Virus record (IMG/VR): IMGVR_UViG_3300018427_001866
DNA length: 19,290 nt
Reading direction: 5' to 3' (one strand)
From: a virus
Positions 1 to 9,211 of this stretch are shown one piece after another. How positions within the stretch are numbered: the first letter of the stretch is position 1; each line of letters opens with the position of its first letter. The notes beneath the pieces are model-generated. The model searched no databases, had not been told where the DNA came from, and worked only from the letters and a program-made list of their open reading frames with translations. A program made the translations under genes and the position numbers.

Positions 1-129
<129 letters not shown>

Positions 130-272
130 AACTTTTAATAAATTTTAATGAGTGCTAATAAGTTTTAATGTGTTTCAAATACAGTGTTTTCAATACATTC
201 AAGAGATAGTTAAAAAATAAGAAAATTTAATAATAACTAATAAAATTTAATGAATTTTGACTGGTAGCATTC

Positions 273-346
273 AAATTGCATTCAAAAAAATCAATAATAC
301 ATAGCAATTTAAACTGTTTTTAGATTAAATTGCATTCAAAAAAATC
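273..346. repeat. Two perfect 20-bp direct repeats AAATTGCATTCAAAAAAATC (273-292 and 327-346) in a set of CATTCAA iterations (198, 268, 279, 333)
   Basis: Read directly from the intergenic region downstream of lysS. Confidence 0.75.
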
Positions 347-371
347 TAATAGAAATATTAGATTTTTTTTT
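338..371 (+). terminator. AT-rich intrinsic terminator-like hairpin
   Basis: AAAAAAATCTAAT (338-350) / loop AGAAAT / ATTAGATTTTTTT (357-369), a perfect 13-bp stem followed by more T. Confidence 0.6.
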
Positions 372-391
372 GTTAAAAAGGAGGGAGAAAA

Positions 392-847
392 TTGAAAGAA
401 GATTCTTTAGAAATAAAAGAAAAGAAAAGAGTATATAAAAGAAATACTGCTAAAAGTGCTTTAGAAAATGTAAAGAAAAAAATAAAAGAAGCAAATGAAA
501 ATAATGAGTTTATATACTATGTATCAAAAGCAGTCTTATTTGGCTCATATATCAATTCTGACAGAAAAGAAATAGGAGATATAGATATTGCATTATATAT
601 AGAATTAAAAGACAAATATACGCCAGAGATAGAGCAAAACATTCAAAGATCTTTGTTAAGTTGTAAGCAAGTTCCATTTTTATTAAGATATATATATGGA
701 AAAGAAGAAATAGCTAAATTTATAAAAGATAAAAAGTCTGTTATACATTTACACGATGGTAATGAAGCAGATAAAATTGCAAGAGAATACAGTAAATCTG
801 GAAGTTATATTTATAATGATAAATATGAATTGATATATTGTAAATAA
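392..847 (+). CDS. Nucleotidyltransferase-fold (MNT/Pol-beta-like) domain protein
   Basis: TTG start at 392 with SD AAGGAGGG near 379-385; VLFGSYINSDRKEIGDIDIALYIE matches the GS-x9-DxDx(A) nucleotidyltransferase signature. Confidence 0.65.
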   Translation: MKEDSLEIKEKKRVYKRNTAKSALENVKKKIKEANENNEFIYYVSKAVLFGSYINSDRKEIGDIDIALYIELKDKYTPEIEQNIQRSLLSCKQVPFLLRYIYGKEEIAKFIKDKKSVIHLHDGNEADKIAREYSKSGSYIYNDKYELIYCK

Positions 848-854
848 TAATTTG

Positions 855-889
855 AAAGCGAGTTGATAATAAAGTCAATTTGCTTTTTT
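855..889 (+). terminator. Intrinsic terminator after the nucleotidyltransferase gene
   Basis: AAAGCGAGTTGA (855-866) pairs with TCAATTTGCTTT (875-886) over 12 bp with two G-U pairs, then TTT. Confidence 0.7.
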
Positions 890-906
890 CGTTTTTAAAA
901 CGCTAC

Positions 907-940
907 ATAAGTTCTTTTTTATAAAGGAACTTATTTTTTT
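907..940 (+). terminator. Second terminator-like hairpin, directly before the SD of the next gene
   Basis: ATAAGTTC ... GAACTTAT followed by TTTTTTT; SD-like AAAGGAGG begins about 3 nt downstream. Confidence 0.7.
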
Positions 941-983
941 TGAAAGGAGGATTTTTAAATGAATGTTAGGAAAGGAGGTTTTT

Positions 984-1448
984 ATGATAGAAGCAAGAAA
1001 AATTGTAATTCCAAAGGAAGCAGAGAAAGAAATTACATTTATGCTATTTAATTATCTTAATATAGATAATCTAATAGAAAAAAGAAAAAAAGACTTGATT
1101 GAAAATGTCAATATTAGTAATAATGCTTGGTTAAAATCTTTAAATGAGTCAGCAAACACATTAGAAGATGTTGTTATTAAATTTGATAATGACAAGACAA
1201 TATTAAAGTTAAAAAGATGGAAGCTGCTTATCAATTCATTTAATAGCAGACTTTATGATAATGAAAATCCAGTATATTATTGGTTAATAAGATTAAAGTA
1301 TATGGACAAAGTTGAAGAAAATACCTTGTTAGAAAAACTTGATATTGATAAAGAAGAATTAAAAAATTTAGACATTTATTTAAAATGGAAACTTTATTGT
1401 TTAGCTGTTGAGCGAAATTTATTTGATGGAGGTGAAGTGAATGTCTGA
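984..1448 (+). CDS. Hypothetical protein (possibly phage/ICE ArpU-like), first gene of the parAB operon
   Basis: ATG at 984 (MIEARKIV...) preceded by AAAGGAGG at 971-978; overlaps the parA start by 8 nt, implying translational coupling. Function not recognisable. Confidence 0.6.
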   Translation: MIEARKIVIPKEAEKEITFMLFNYLNIDNLIEKRKKDLIENVNISNNAWLKSLNESANTLEDVVIKFDNDKTILKLKRWKLLINSFNSRLYDNENPVYYWLIRLKYMDKVEENTLLEKLDIDKEELKNLDIYLKWKLYCLAVERNLFDGGEVNV

Positions 1449-2271
1449 ATGTAAAACAATAGCAATAGCTAATCAAAAAGGTGGCGTTGGAAAAACAACA
1501 ACAGCTTTAAGTTTAGGTGTAGCATTAGCAAGAGAAGGTAAAAAAGTTTTATTAGTAGATGCAGACCCACAAGGAGATTTAACAACATATATGGGTTTTT
1601 ATGATCAAGACAATTTACCAATAACAATATCTACTTTAATTGAAAGAACTATAAATGATATTGAAGTAAATGCACAAGAAGCAGTATTACATCATCACGA
1701 AGGAATAGATTTAATACCATCTAATCTTAATTTATCAATGACAGAAGTTAATTTACTTAATGCTATGTGCAGAGAAAGTGCTATGAAGAATAGTTTAAGT
1801 GAGATTAAAAAGAATTATGATTTTGTAATTATTGATTGTATGCCTTCGTTAAGTATGATAACAACAAATGCTTTGGCTAGTGCAGATCAAGTTATTATTC
1901 CAGTTCAATCTCAATATTTATCTGCAAAAGGTATGGGGAACTTATTAAAGACTATTTCAAAAGTAAAAAAACAGATAAATGATAAACTTACTGTTGGTGG
2001 TATATTATTAACACTTGTAGATAAGAGAACAAATCTACCCAAAACCATTAAAAATGAATTAGAAGAGAATTATGGGAACATAGTGAAGATATATGATACA
2101 CAAATACCAATAGCAGTAAAAACAGCAGAATCGACATCAAAAGGAAAGAGCATATTTTCGTATGATAAAAGTAGTAGTGTAGCTATTGCTTATTCAAATT
2201 TTGCAAAGGAGGTATTAAGTAGTGAAGGAGAACGAACAAAAAATGCACTTACCAAAGGTTACAGTAGATGA
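1441..2271 (+). CDS. parA: ParA/Soj-type partition ATPase
   Basis: Walker A KGGVGKTTTALSLG, A' VLLVDADPQGDLTTYMG, B DFVIIDCMPSLSMIT; SD GGAGGTG upstream. Confidence 0.95.
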   Translation: MSECKTIAIANQKGGVGKTTTALSLGVALAREGKKVLLVDADPQGDLTTYMGFYDQDNLPITISTLIERTINDIEVNAQEAVLHHHEGIDLIPSNLNLSMTEVNLLNAMCRESAMKNSLSEIKKNYDFVIIDCMPSLSMITTNALASADQVIIPVQSQYLSAKGMGNLLKTISKVKKQINDKLTVGGILLTLVDKRTNLPKTIKNELEENYGNIVKIYDTQIPIAVKTAESTSKGKSIFSYDKSSSVAIAYSNFAKEVLSSEGERTKNALTKGYSR

Positions 2272-3175
2272 TTTCTTTTTTAGCACACAAGAACAAAGGG
2301 AAAAAGATAAGTTAGAACATATACAAAACATTAAAATAAGTGAAATAACTGATTTCCCAAACCACCCATATAAAGTATTAGATGATGACGAAATGCTAGA
2401 AATGTCAGAGAGCATTAAAGAAAATGGTGTAATACATCCAGTTATTGTCAGAGCTAAAAAAGATGGTGGCTATGAAATGATTTCTGGACACAGAAGAAAA
2501 AGAGCAACAGAACTTGCAGGAATTAGAGAAATACCTGCAATTATAAGACAAATGACAGATGATGAAGCTACTATATATATGGTAGATAGTAATAAACAAA
2601 GAGTAAAAGTATTACCAAGTGAGAAAGCATTTGCTTATAAAATGAAATTAAATGCTATGAAAAGACAGGGTAAAAGAAATGACTTAACTTCTTCGCCAAT
2701 GGCGACAAAGTTAAATGAAAAAGGAACAGCAGAAATAATAGGTCAAGAATTTGGAGATGGTAAAGATAATGTTTATAGATATATTAAACTAACAGAATTG
2801 ATACCAGAATTATTACAATTAGTAGATGATGAAAAAATCGCATTAAGACCTGCTGTGGAAATTTCATATTTAAATCAAGAAGAACAAGAAACTTTGTTAG
2901 ATGCAATAGAAACTACTGTTGCATATCCATCTCACGCACAAGCAATTATATTGAGAAAGAAAAGTCAAGATAAAACATTAACAACAGATGATATTTATGA
3001 TATTTTAGACGAAGAAAAGCCAAATCAGAAAGAACAAATAAAGTTCAAAGTTGATAATGTAAGAGAATATTTCCCAAAAGGTTATACAACAGAACAAATG
3101 CAAAATACAATAAAAAAATTATTGATGGATTACAAAAATAATTGGTTAAGAAGACAAAGAGATAATATAAGATAA
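2222..3175 (+). CDS. parB: ParB/Spo0J-family DNA-binding partition protein
   Basis: DFPNHPYKVLDDDEMLEMSESIKENGVIHPVIVRAKKDGGYEMISGHRRKRATELAG is the ParB N-terminal nuclease/CTPase core. GTG start at 2222 with AAAGGAGG at 2205-2212; overlaps parA by 50 nt. Confidence 0.93.
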   Translation: MKENEQKMHLPKVTVDDFFFSTQEQREKDKLEHIQNIKISEITDFPNHPYKVLDDDEMLEMSESIKENGVIHPVIVRAKKDGGYEMISGHRRKRATELAGIREIPAIIRQMTDDEATIYMVDSNKQRVKVLPSEKAFAYKMKLNAMKRQGKRNDLTSSPMATKLNEKGTAEIIGQEFGDGKDNVYRYIKLTELIPELLQLVDDEKIALRPAVEISYLNQEEQETLLDAIETTVAYPSHAQAIILRKKSQDKTLTTDDIYDILDEEKPNQKEQIKFKVDNVREYFPKGYTTEQMQNTIKKLLMDYKNNWLRRQRDNIR

Positions 3176-3214
3176 TGTATATACAAGAATAGATGATGTA
3201 TATACATTTTTTTT
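3175..3214 (+). terminator. Intrinsic terminator of the parAB operon
   Basis: ATGTATATAC (3175-3184) / GTATATACAT (3198-3207) followed by a T-run. Confidence 0.75.
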
Positions 3215-3311
3215 ATTTTCCCCCTTCCTATAACCTACCCCCTTATACTAGCTATACTAACTGAAATAGATATATTTAATAATAAAATAATATATAAAAA
3301 TAAATATATAT

Positions 3312-3323
3312 AATCGCACATTT
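3312..3323 (+). promoter_or_regulatory. Copy 1 of the AATCGCACATTT motif, 60 nt before the ATG at 3372
   Basis: Identical 12-mer also found at 10364-10375 and 17045-17056. Confidence 0.45.
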
Positions 3324-3371
3324 GATAAAACAAAATAAGCAATTTAAAATATAGTTAAAGAGGTGGAAAAT

Positions 3372-4064
3372 ATGAAGAAATTTATAATTTTAGTGATTAT
3401 TTTAATATCAAATTTTAGCTATTATGGAATTGTAGATGATGATGGTAAAAAGGTTACGAATATTCAAGAGATAGTGCAAGAGCAACAAGAAAAAAAATCA
3501 ACAGAAACAAAGGAAATTGAAAGCATTGTTGTTGAAGAAAATAAAGATGAAATAGTTGAAGAAAAAAAGGAAGTATCAGCAACAAAAGTAGAAGTAACAG
3601 CAAATACCAAAGTAAACAAAGAAAAAGTTAGTACAAAGGCTAATACAAAAATTAAAGCTAATAATGTTTCAGTTAGTAAAAAAGAAAACACAGAAACTGC
3701 TACGAAAAAAGTAGAAGTTGTTAATGATCAAAAAGAAACACAAGCTGAAAAACAACCAAAAATTATACCAGATGTAAAGCCAGAAGAAAAGAAGGAAACC
3801 TACACAGAAAATATTGTTGAAGTAGCAGAAAGTAAAAAATGTTCTGGCAATGAACATGGAATGAAAGTCGGAAATAGTGGTAAGTGGTTTAATTCAAAAG
3901 ATGAAGCAATAATGACATATAAAGCTGAAATAAATAAGTGGGGAGATAAATGGACAAAAGATGAGATAACAAATGAAGAATATTACGCAAATTGTCCGTA
4001 TGGATATGAGGTGTGGACTTGTCCATACTGCAATATGTGGACTTTAAATTATTATTATGAATAA
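3372..4064 (+). CDS. Secreted or membrane-anchored protein with Lys/Glu-rich spacer and C-terminal four-Cys domain
   Basis: ATG at 3372 (MKKFIILVIILISNF) after AGAGGTGG; hydrophobic N-terminus, low-complexity charged spacer, then CSGNEHGMKVGNSGKWF...ANCPYGYEVWTCPYCNMWTLNYYYE. Confidence 0.7.
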   Translation: MKKFIILVIILISNFSYYGIVDDDGKKVTNIQEIVQEQQEKKSTETKEIESIVVEENKDEIVEEKKEVSATKVEVTANTKVNKEKVSTKANTKIKANNVSVSKKENTETATKKVEVVNDQKETQAEKQPKIIPDVKPEEKKETYTENIVEVAESKKCSGNEHGMKVGNSGKWFNSKDEAIMTYKAEINKWGDKWTKDEITNEEYYANCPYGYEVWTCPYCNMWTLNYYYE

Positions 4065-4088
4065 TCTATAAAAAAATTTGAATACATT

Positions 4089-4117
4089 GAACAAGTTTTA
4101 TGCTTGTTCTTTTTTTA
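4089..4117 (+). terminator. Intrinsic terminator immediately upstream of the adhesin SD
   Basis: GAACAAG (4089-4095) / CTTGTTC (4103-4109) followed by a T-run; SD TAAGGAGG at 4121-4128. Confidence 0.8.
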
Positions 4118-4135
4118 TTTTAAGGAGGTAAAAAA

Positions 4136-7100
4136 GTGAAGAAAATAAAAGATATTAAAAAGAAATTATTAGCAGTAATACTTTTAATAGCAACATTATT
4201 AGGAACGGCACAACCTATTTTTGCAATATCTACATCTGGAACTGCAAAATGGGTTGCAGGACAATGGGATTCGGAAGTATTTACAACTGATAATAAAACA
4301 AGTGTTGGTATGTTAATGAGAAGATTAGTTAATTATACAACAGGAGATATGTATACAACATTTTGTGCAGAGCATTTTATAAATTCTCCTACAGGAACAA
4401 TAGAAAATGGAACTCATACAATACCTGCAAGTGATTCAAAAATGAAACAAGCTTGTAAGGTGGCATATTTCGGTTGGTACGAAAAATATGGAGATTATGT
4501 TCTAAATGGTGGAATTATGACAGCAGCAAATGAACAACGAAAATTGAATTATTGTTTCACACAACAATATGTATGGGAAACATTAGGACAAAGCTATGCT
4601 ACATTTAAAAATGCTGACATACAAGCTAAATATGTGGCTTTTAAACAAGATGTAGATAATAAAATAGCTAATATGGAAAGAAGACCTAGTTTTATAAAAG
4701 ATACAATAGAAATAGATGTTGGAACATCTAAAACATTAACAGATAGTTATGGTGTATTAAAAGACTATAACAGTATAGATAAAACTAGTGATGGTATTAG
4801 AATTGTTCATACAAAAGGAGAAAATACTTTAACAATTACTGTTGCAGAAAATTGTAATTTAAAAACATTTAAAGTTACAGATGCAATGGCAGAAAGTTGG
4901 GGACTAATAAAAGAAGAATCAAGAGATTATGATACTACTGTGCATATAAGTTTTAAAGAAGGTGTGCAAAATCAATTATATTCTTTAAACTACAATGATC
5001 CAGTTACAATGTCATTAAGTTTAAAAATAAATTCATTTGGAAGTTTAGAAATAGCAAAAAAAGACAATAAAGGTAATTATGTACCAAACACATCTTTTAA
5101 AATTAGTTATAATGCAGATATGTCAAATGCAATAGGAACATATACAACAGGAGCAAATGGAAAAGTAACTATTGATAAATTAAAACCTACAACAATATAT
5201 ATTCAAGAAACTAAAGTTCCAGAACATTTGATTTTAGATACAACAATAAAAAATGTAACAATAAAAGTAAATGAAACAGTGAGTTATGAAGCAAAAAACA
5301 ACTGGAAACAGGGTTACATTAAAGTAGTTAAAAAAGATGCTGAAAGTGGAAAGATTGTAAAACAAGCAGGAGTAATATTTGATATATATAATTCTAATAA
5401 TCAAAAAATTACGAGCATAACAACTAATGAAAATGGAGTTGCAACTTCTACCTTATTAGATTATGGAACATACTATGTAAAAGAAAATAAAGCACCAAAT
5501 AAATACACAGTTAAAGTTGAAGTGAGTGAAAATGTTGGTGTTGTAGAAAACGGTAAAACTTATGAAATTAGTATATTAAATACAAGAGTAAAAGGAACTG
5601 TAACAATTTCAAAAGAAGACACAGAAACAGGGAAAAAACCACAAGGGGAGGCAACATTAAAAGGTGCAGTATATGGAGTTTATGCAAGAAATACAATTTA
5701 TGACCCAGCAGATAATAGTGTAAAATATAACGCAAATGCGAAAATAGGCGAATTAGTTACAGATGAAAATGCAAATGCAACATTAAGCAATTTATATTTA
5801 GGAGAATATTATTTAAAAGAATTGAAAGCAAGTAATGGTTATACATTAGATACAAACACTTATAATTTTGATTTGACTTATGAAACTCAAAATGTGAGTG
5901 TAGTTACGAAAAATGTAACAGTAAAAGAAAGAGTAAAATCACAAGCATTTAGAATTATAAAAGTTTCAAGTGATACTAATGGAGAAGCAGATTTACTAGA
6001 GGGTGTAGAATTTACTATAAAATCTCAAAAAGATATTGATAATTATGGAAGTTGGGAAAAAGCACCTATTGCTAAAAATTATAAAGGCGAAGAAAGTGCA
6101 GTTTTAATTACAGATTCTAAAGGGTATGCAGTAAGTGAAAGATTACCTTATGGAACTTATGTAGTGAGAGAAACAAAAGTACCAGATAATAAATACAAAG
6201 TACCAGATTTTACAGTAATAATTACAGAAGATAGTGATGAGCCACAAACTTGGAGAGTGTTTAATGATACTTCTTTTAAATCAGTAGTCGCAATAGTAAA
6301 ACAAGATGCTGAAACACAAAAGACAGTAAAAATTAGTGGAGCAAAATTTAAAATAAAAAATACTGAAACAGGAGAATACTTTGGATATTGGAGTTGGAAT
6401 CCATTGCCAAAATATACAGATTCGTGGGAAACAGACGAAACAGGAACAGTAATGACAGGAGAACAATTACCAGCAGGAAAATATCAATTAGAAGAAATTA
6501 AAAGTCCAAAAGGCTATTTGATTTCAAACACACCAGTTAAATTTGAAGTAACTTCTAATATAGCTTACGAAACCTTACCAGATGGTAGTACACCAGTTAT
6601 AACAGTAAAACAAAAAGATACATCAGTTAAAGGAAAAATAAATATTGAGAAAATAGGAGAAGTGTTAGTAGATTATAAAGATGGGAAATTTATTTATGAA
6701 GAAAAAGGTGTAGCGAATGCAAAATATGAAATATTTGCAAGAGAAAATATTTTAGACCCATCTAATAATGGAACTATACTTTATAAAAAAGGAACTGTTG
6801 TTGATACAATAACAACAAATACAGAAGGAAAAGCAACATCAAAAACACTACCATTAGGCGAATATTCTGTAAGAGAAATAAAAGCTCCAGAAGGATTTGT
6901 TTTAAGTAATGTTGTAGAAGATGTTTCGTTAAAATATAAAGATCAAAACACATCAATAGTTTATGATACAGCAAATTTTACTAATGAAAGACAAAAAGTT
7001 TTAATTAGTGTATGTAAAAAAGATTCAGAAAATGAAAAAACACTTATAGGAGCAGAATTTACATTATACGCTGAAAAAGATATAAAAAATTATAAAGGGG

Positions 7101-9211
7101 AAATTATTTTAGAAGCTGAAGAAAAAATTGAAGTAGCTACAAGTAATGTAGATGGAATAGTTAATTTTAAATCTGATTTACCATTAACTCAATTTATAAT
7201 TAAAGAAACTAAAGCACCAAAGGGTTATGCGTCTAGTAATGAAGTTATAGTAGCGTATGCAAATTATAAAGGACAAGATAAAAAAGTAATAGAGTTAGAA
7301 TATGAATTTAAAAATGATATAACAAAAGTTGAAATTTCAAAACAAGACATAACAAATTCATCAGAAATTGAAGGAGCTACATTAACTATTTTTGAAAAAA
7401 ATAATGATGCAGCTATAATAGATACTTGGATTTCTTCTAAAAAACCACATTTAATTAAAGGATTAGAGGTAGGAAAGACTTATGTATTACGAGAGAAAAT
7501 AAGTCCTTATGGTTTTGCAATATCACAAGATATAGAGTTTGTAATTAAAGATACTGGAGAAATTCAAAAAGTTGTAATGAAAGATGAATTAGTATATGGA
7601 AAATTACAATTTAATAAATATGGGGAGATTTTTAACCAAACAGTAACAGGACAAACTCAATTCGGAGAAACACAAAGTCCTGTTTGGAACAAATCAAATC
7701 TTATAGGTGCAGAAATAACAATATATGCTAATGAAGATATTAAAATAGGTAATACAACATATTACGAGAAAGATGGAATAGTACAGACATTAAAGAGTGA
7801 TACAGATGTAGTTTTAAGTAAAAAACTTCCAGTTGGCTCATATTATTATAAAGAAACCAAAGTTCCTTTTGGTTATATTGCAGATACTAATAAGCATTAT
7901 TTTACAATAGAAGATACAAAAGTAAATGAATTACAAGTAGTAACATCTACATTGATAAATAATAGAGCAAAAATCAATATAAATATGAAAAAAATACTAG
8001 AAGAACAAAAAATATTCATCAATGAAAATGCTTATAAAGATATAGTTTTTGGTATTTTTGCTAAAGATGATATTTTAAACTATTATGAAAATGTAGAAAT
8101 TGAAAAAGACAAAATGATTTTTACAACAGGAATAACAAAAGAAGGAACATTAGAGAATATTCCAGATTTACCAATAGGAAAATATTATATTAAAGAATTA
8201 GCTACAAATTCTCAATATATATTGAATGATAAAGAATACGCCTTTGAAGTTAGTTATAAAGGTAAAGATATTACAGAGTTTGTTATACAAATAGGAGAAG
8301 CAGGAACAATAGATAATGAACTTGCAAGAGGAACAATTCAAATTAAAAAAATAGATACATTAGATGAAAATAAAAAATTAGAAAATATTGAATTTAATAT
8401 TTCAAGTAAAAAAGATATGAGCAATATTATAGCTACTGAAAAAACAAACAATGAAGGTATTGCTACATTTACAAATCTTGAATTAGGCACATACTATATA
8501 CAAGAAGCAAAACAAGTAAATGGTTATACAATAAATGAAACAATTTATCAAGTAGAAATTAAAGAGAATGGCGACCAATTTGTTATAACTTGTGAAAATA
8601 AACCAACAGAAGCAATATTTTCAAAAGTAGATGAAACTGGGACAAATGAAATAGAAGGTGCAAAAATACAAATTATAGATAAGGAAACAAATGAAATTGT
8701 TGATGAATGGATTTCTACTAAAGAAAGTCATACTGTAAATTATTTAGTAGAAGGAAAAGAATATATAATGAGAGAAATATCAGCTCCTTATGGTTATGAA
8801 ATTGCAGAAGAAATATCTTTTGTAATGGGAGATGGTATAAAAGTAACAATGCAAAATAATCCAATATTAAAAACAATTCAATTAACAAAAATTGATAAAG
8901 AAACAAAAGAAATTATAAAAGAACAATTTACATTTGGATTATATGTTGATAAAGAATGTACTAAACTTATACAACAAATGGATTCAAACGCAAAAGAAGG
9001 AACAATTACTTTCAAAGACATAAGATATGGAAATTACTATATTAAAGAAATTACAGCACCAGAAGGGTATATACTATCTGAAAAAGTAGTTAAGGTTGAA
9101 ATAAATGATAAGGGCGTATTTATATCAAATAAGGAAATAAAAGAAAATGAGGCTGTTTATAATTTTGAATTTTCAAACAAGAAAATGGAAACACCAAAAA
9201 CACGGAGATAG
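4136..9211 (+). CDS. Giant thioester-domain/CnaB(SpaA)-repeat surface adhesin; the 0-frame ORF stops inside the sorting signal, and the +1 frame continues to 9314
   Basis: GTG start with strong SD; signal peptide MKKIKDIKKKLLAVILLIATLLGTAQPIFA; thioester-type motifs TTFCAEH and YCFTQQYVWETLG; about 13 prealbumin-like repeats beginning like GTVTISKEDTETGK / GSLEIAKKD and ending xxYYIKEITAPEGY; C-terminus ETPKT then CGG AGA TAG. Confidence 0.93.
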   Translation: MKKIKDIKKKLLAVILLIATLLGTAQPIFAISTSGTAKWVAGQWDSEVFTTDNKTSVGMLMRRLVNYTTGDMYTTFCAEHFINSPTGTIENGTHTIPASDSKMKQACKVAYFGWYEKYGDYVLNGGIMTAANEQRKLNYCFTQQYVWETLGQSYATFKNADIQAKYVAFKQDVDNKIANMERRPSFIKDTIEIDVGTSKTLTDSYGVLKDYNSIDKTSDGIRIVHTKGENTLTITVAENCNLKTFKVTDAMAESWGLIKEESRDYDTTVHISFKEGVQNQLYSLNYNDPVTMSLSLKINSFGSLEIAKKDNKGNYVPNTSFKISYNADMSNAIGTYTTGANGKVTIDKLKPTTIYIQETKVPEHLILDTTIKNVTIKVNETVSYEAKNNWKQGYIKVVKKDAESGKIVKQAGVIFDIYNSNNQKITSITTNENGVATSTLLDYGTYYVKENKAPNKYTVKVEVSENVGVVENGKTYEISILNTRVKGTVTISKEDTETGKKPQGEATLKGAVYGVYARNTIYDPADNSVKYNANAKIGELVTDENANATLSNLYLGEYYLKELKASNGYTLDTNTYNFDLTYETQNVSVVTKNVTVKERVKSQAFRIIKVSSDTNGEADLLEGVEFTIKSQKDIDNYGSWEKAPIAKNYKGEESAVLITDSKGYAVSERLPYGTYVVRETKVPDNKYKVPDFTVIITEDSDEPQTWRVFNDTSFKSVVAIVKQDAETQKTVKISGAKFKIKNTETGEYFGYWSWNPLPKYTDSWETDETGTVMTGEQLPAGKYQLEEIKSPKGYLISNTPVKFEVTSNIAYETLPDGSTPVITVKQKDTSVKGKINIEKIGEVLVDYKDGKFIYEEKGVANAKYEIFARENILDPSNNGTILYKKGTVVDTITTNTEGKATSKTLPLGEYSVREIKAPEGFVLSNVVEDVSLKYKDQNTSIVYDTANFTNERQKVLISVCKKDSENEKTLIGAEFTLYAEKDIKNYKGEIILEAEEKIEVATSNVDGIVNFKSDLPLTQFIIKETKAPKGYASSNEVIVAYANYKGQDKKVIELEYEFKNDITKVEISKQDITNSSEIEGATLTIFEKNNDAAIIDTWISSKKPHLIKGLEVGKTYVLREKISPYGFAISQDIEFVIKDTGEIQKVVMKDELVYGKLQFNKYGEIFNQTVTGQTQFGETQSPVWNKSNLIGAEITIYANEDIKIGNTTYYEKDGIVQTLKSDTDVVLSKKLPVGSYYYKETKVPFGYIADTNKHYFTIEDTKVNELQVVTSTLINNRAKININMKKILEEQKIFINENAYKDIVFGIFAKDDILNYYENVEIEKDKMIFTTGITKEGTLENIPDLPIGKYYIKELATNSQYILNDKEYAFEVSYKGKDITEFVIQIGEAGTIDNELARGTIQIKKIDTLDENKKLENIEFNISSKKDMSNIIATEKTNNEGIATFTNLELGTYYIQEAKQVNGYTINETIYQVEIKENGDQFVITCENKPTEAIFSKVDETGTNEIEGAKIQIIDKETNEIVDEWISTKESHTVNYLVEGKEYIMREISAPYGYEIAEEISFVMGDGIKVTMQNNPILKTIQLTKIDKETKEIIKEQFTFGLYVDKECTKLIQQMDSNAKEGTITFKDIRYGNYYIKEITAPEGYILSEKVVKVEINDKGVFISNKEIKENEAVYNFEFSNKKMETPKTRR

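Noticed and set aside
963-983. Tracked start at 963 for the gene before parA
   Set aside because: The SD AAAGGAGG at 971-978 is correctly spaced for ATG 984; the first 7 codons would include the SD itself.
2222-2271. 50-nt parA/parB overlap as a third frameshift
   Set aside because: Both proteins look complete and parB has its own SD (AAAGGAGG 2205-2212) and GTG; no CGG or broken conserved motif is involved.
4136-9211. Repetitive region as a CRISPR array or nucleotide tandem repeat
   Set aside because: The repetition is at protein level (diverged CnaB modules of about 85-130 aa) with no identical short nucleotide repeats or spacers.
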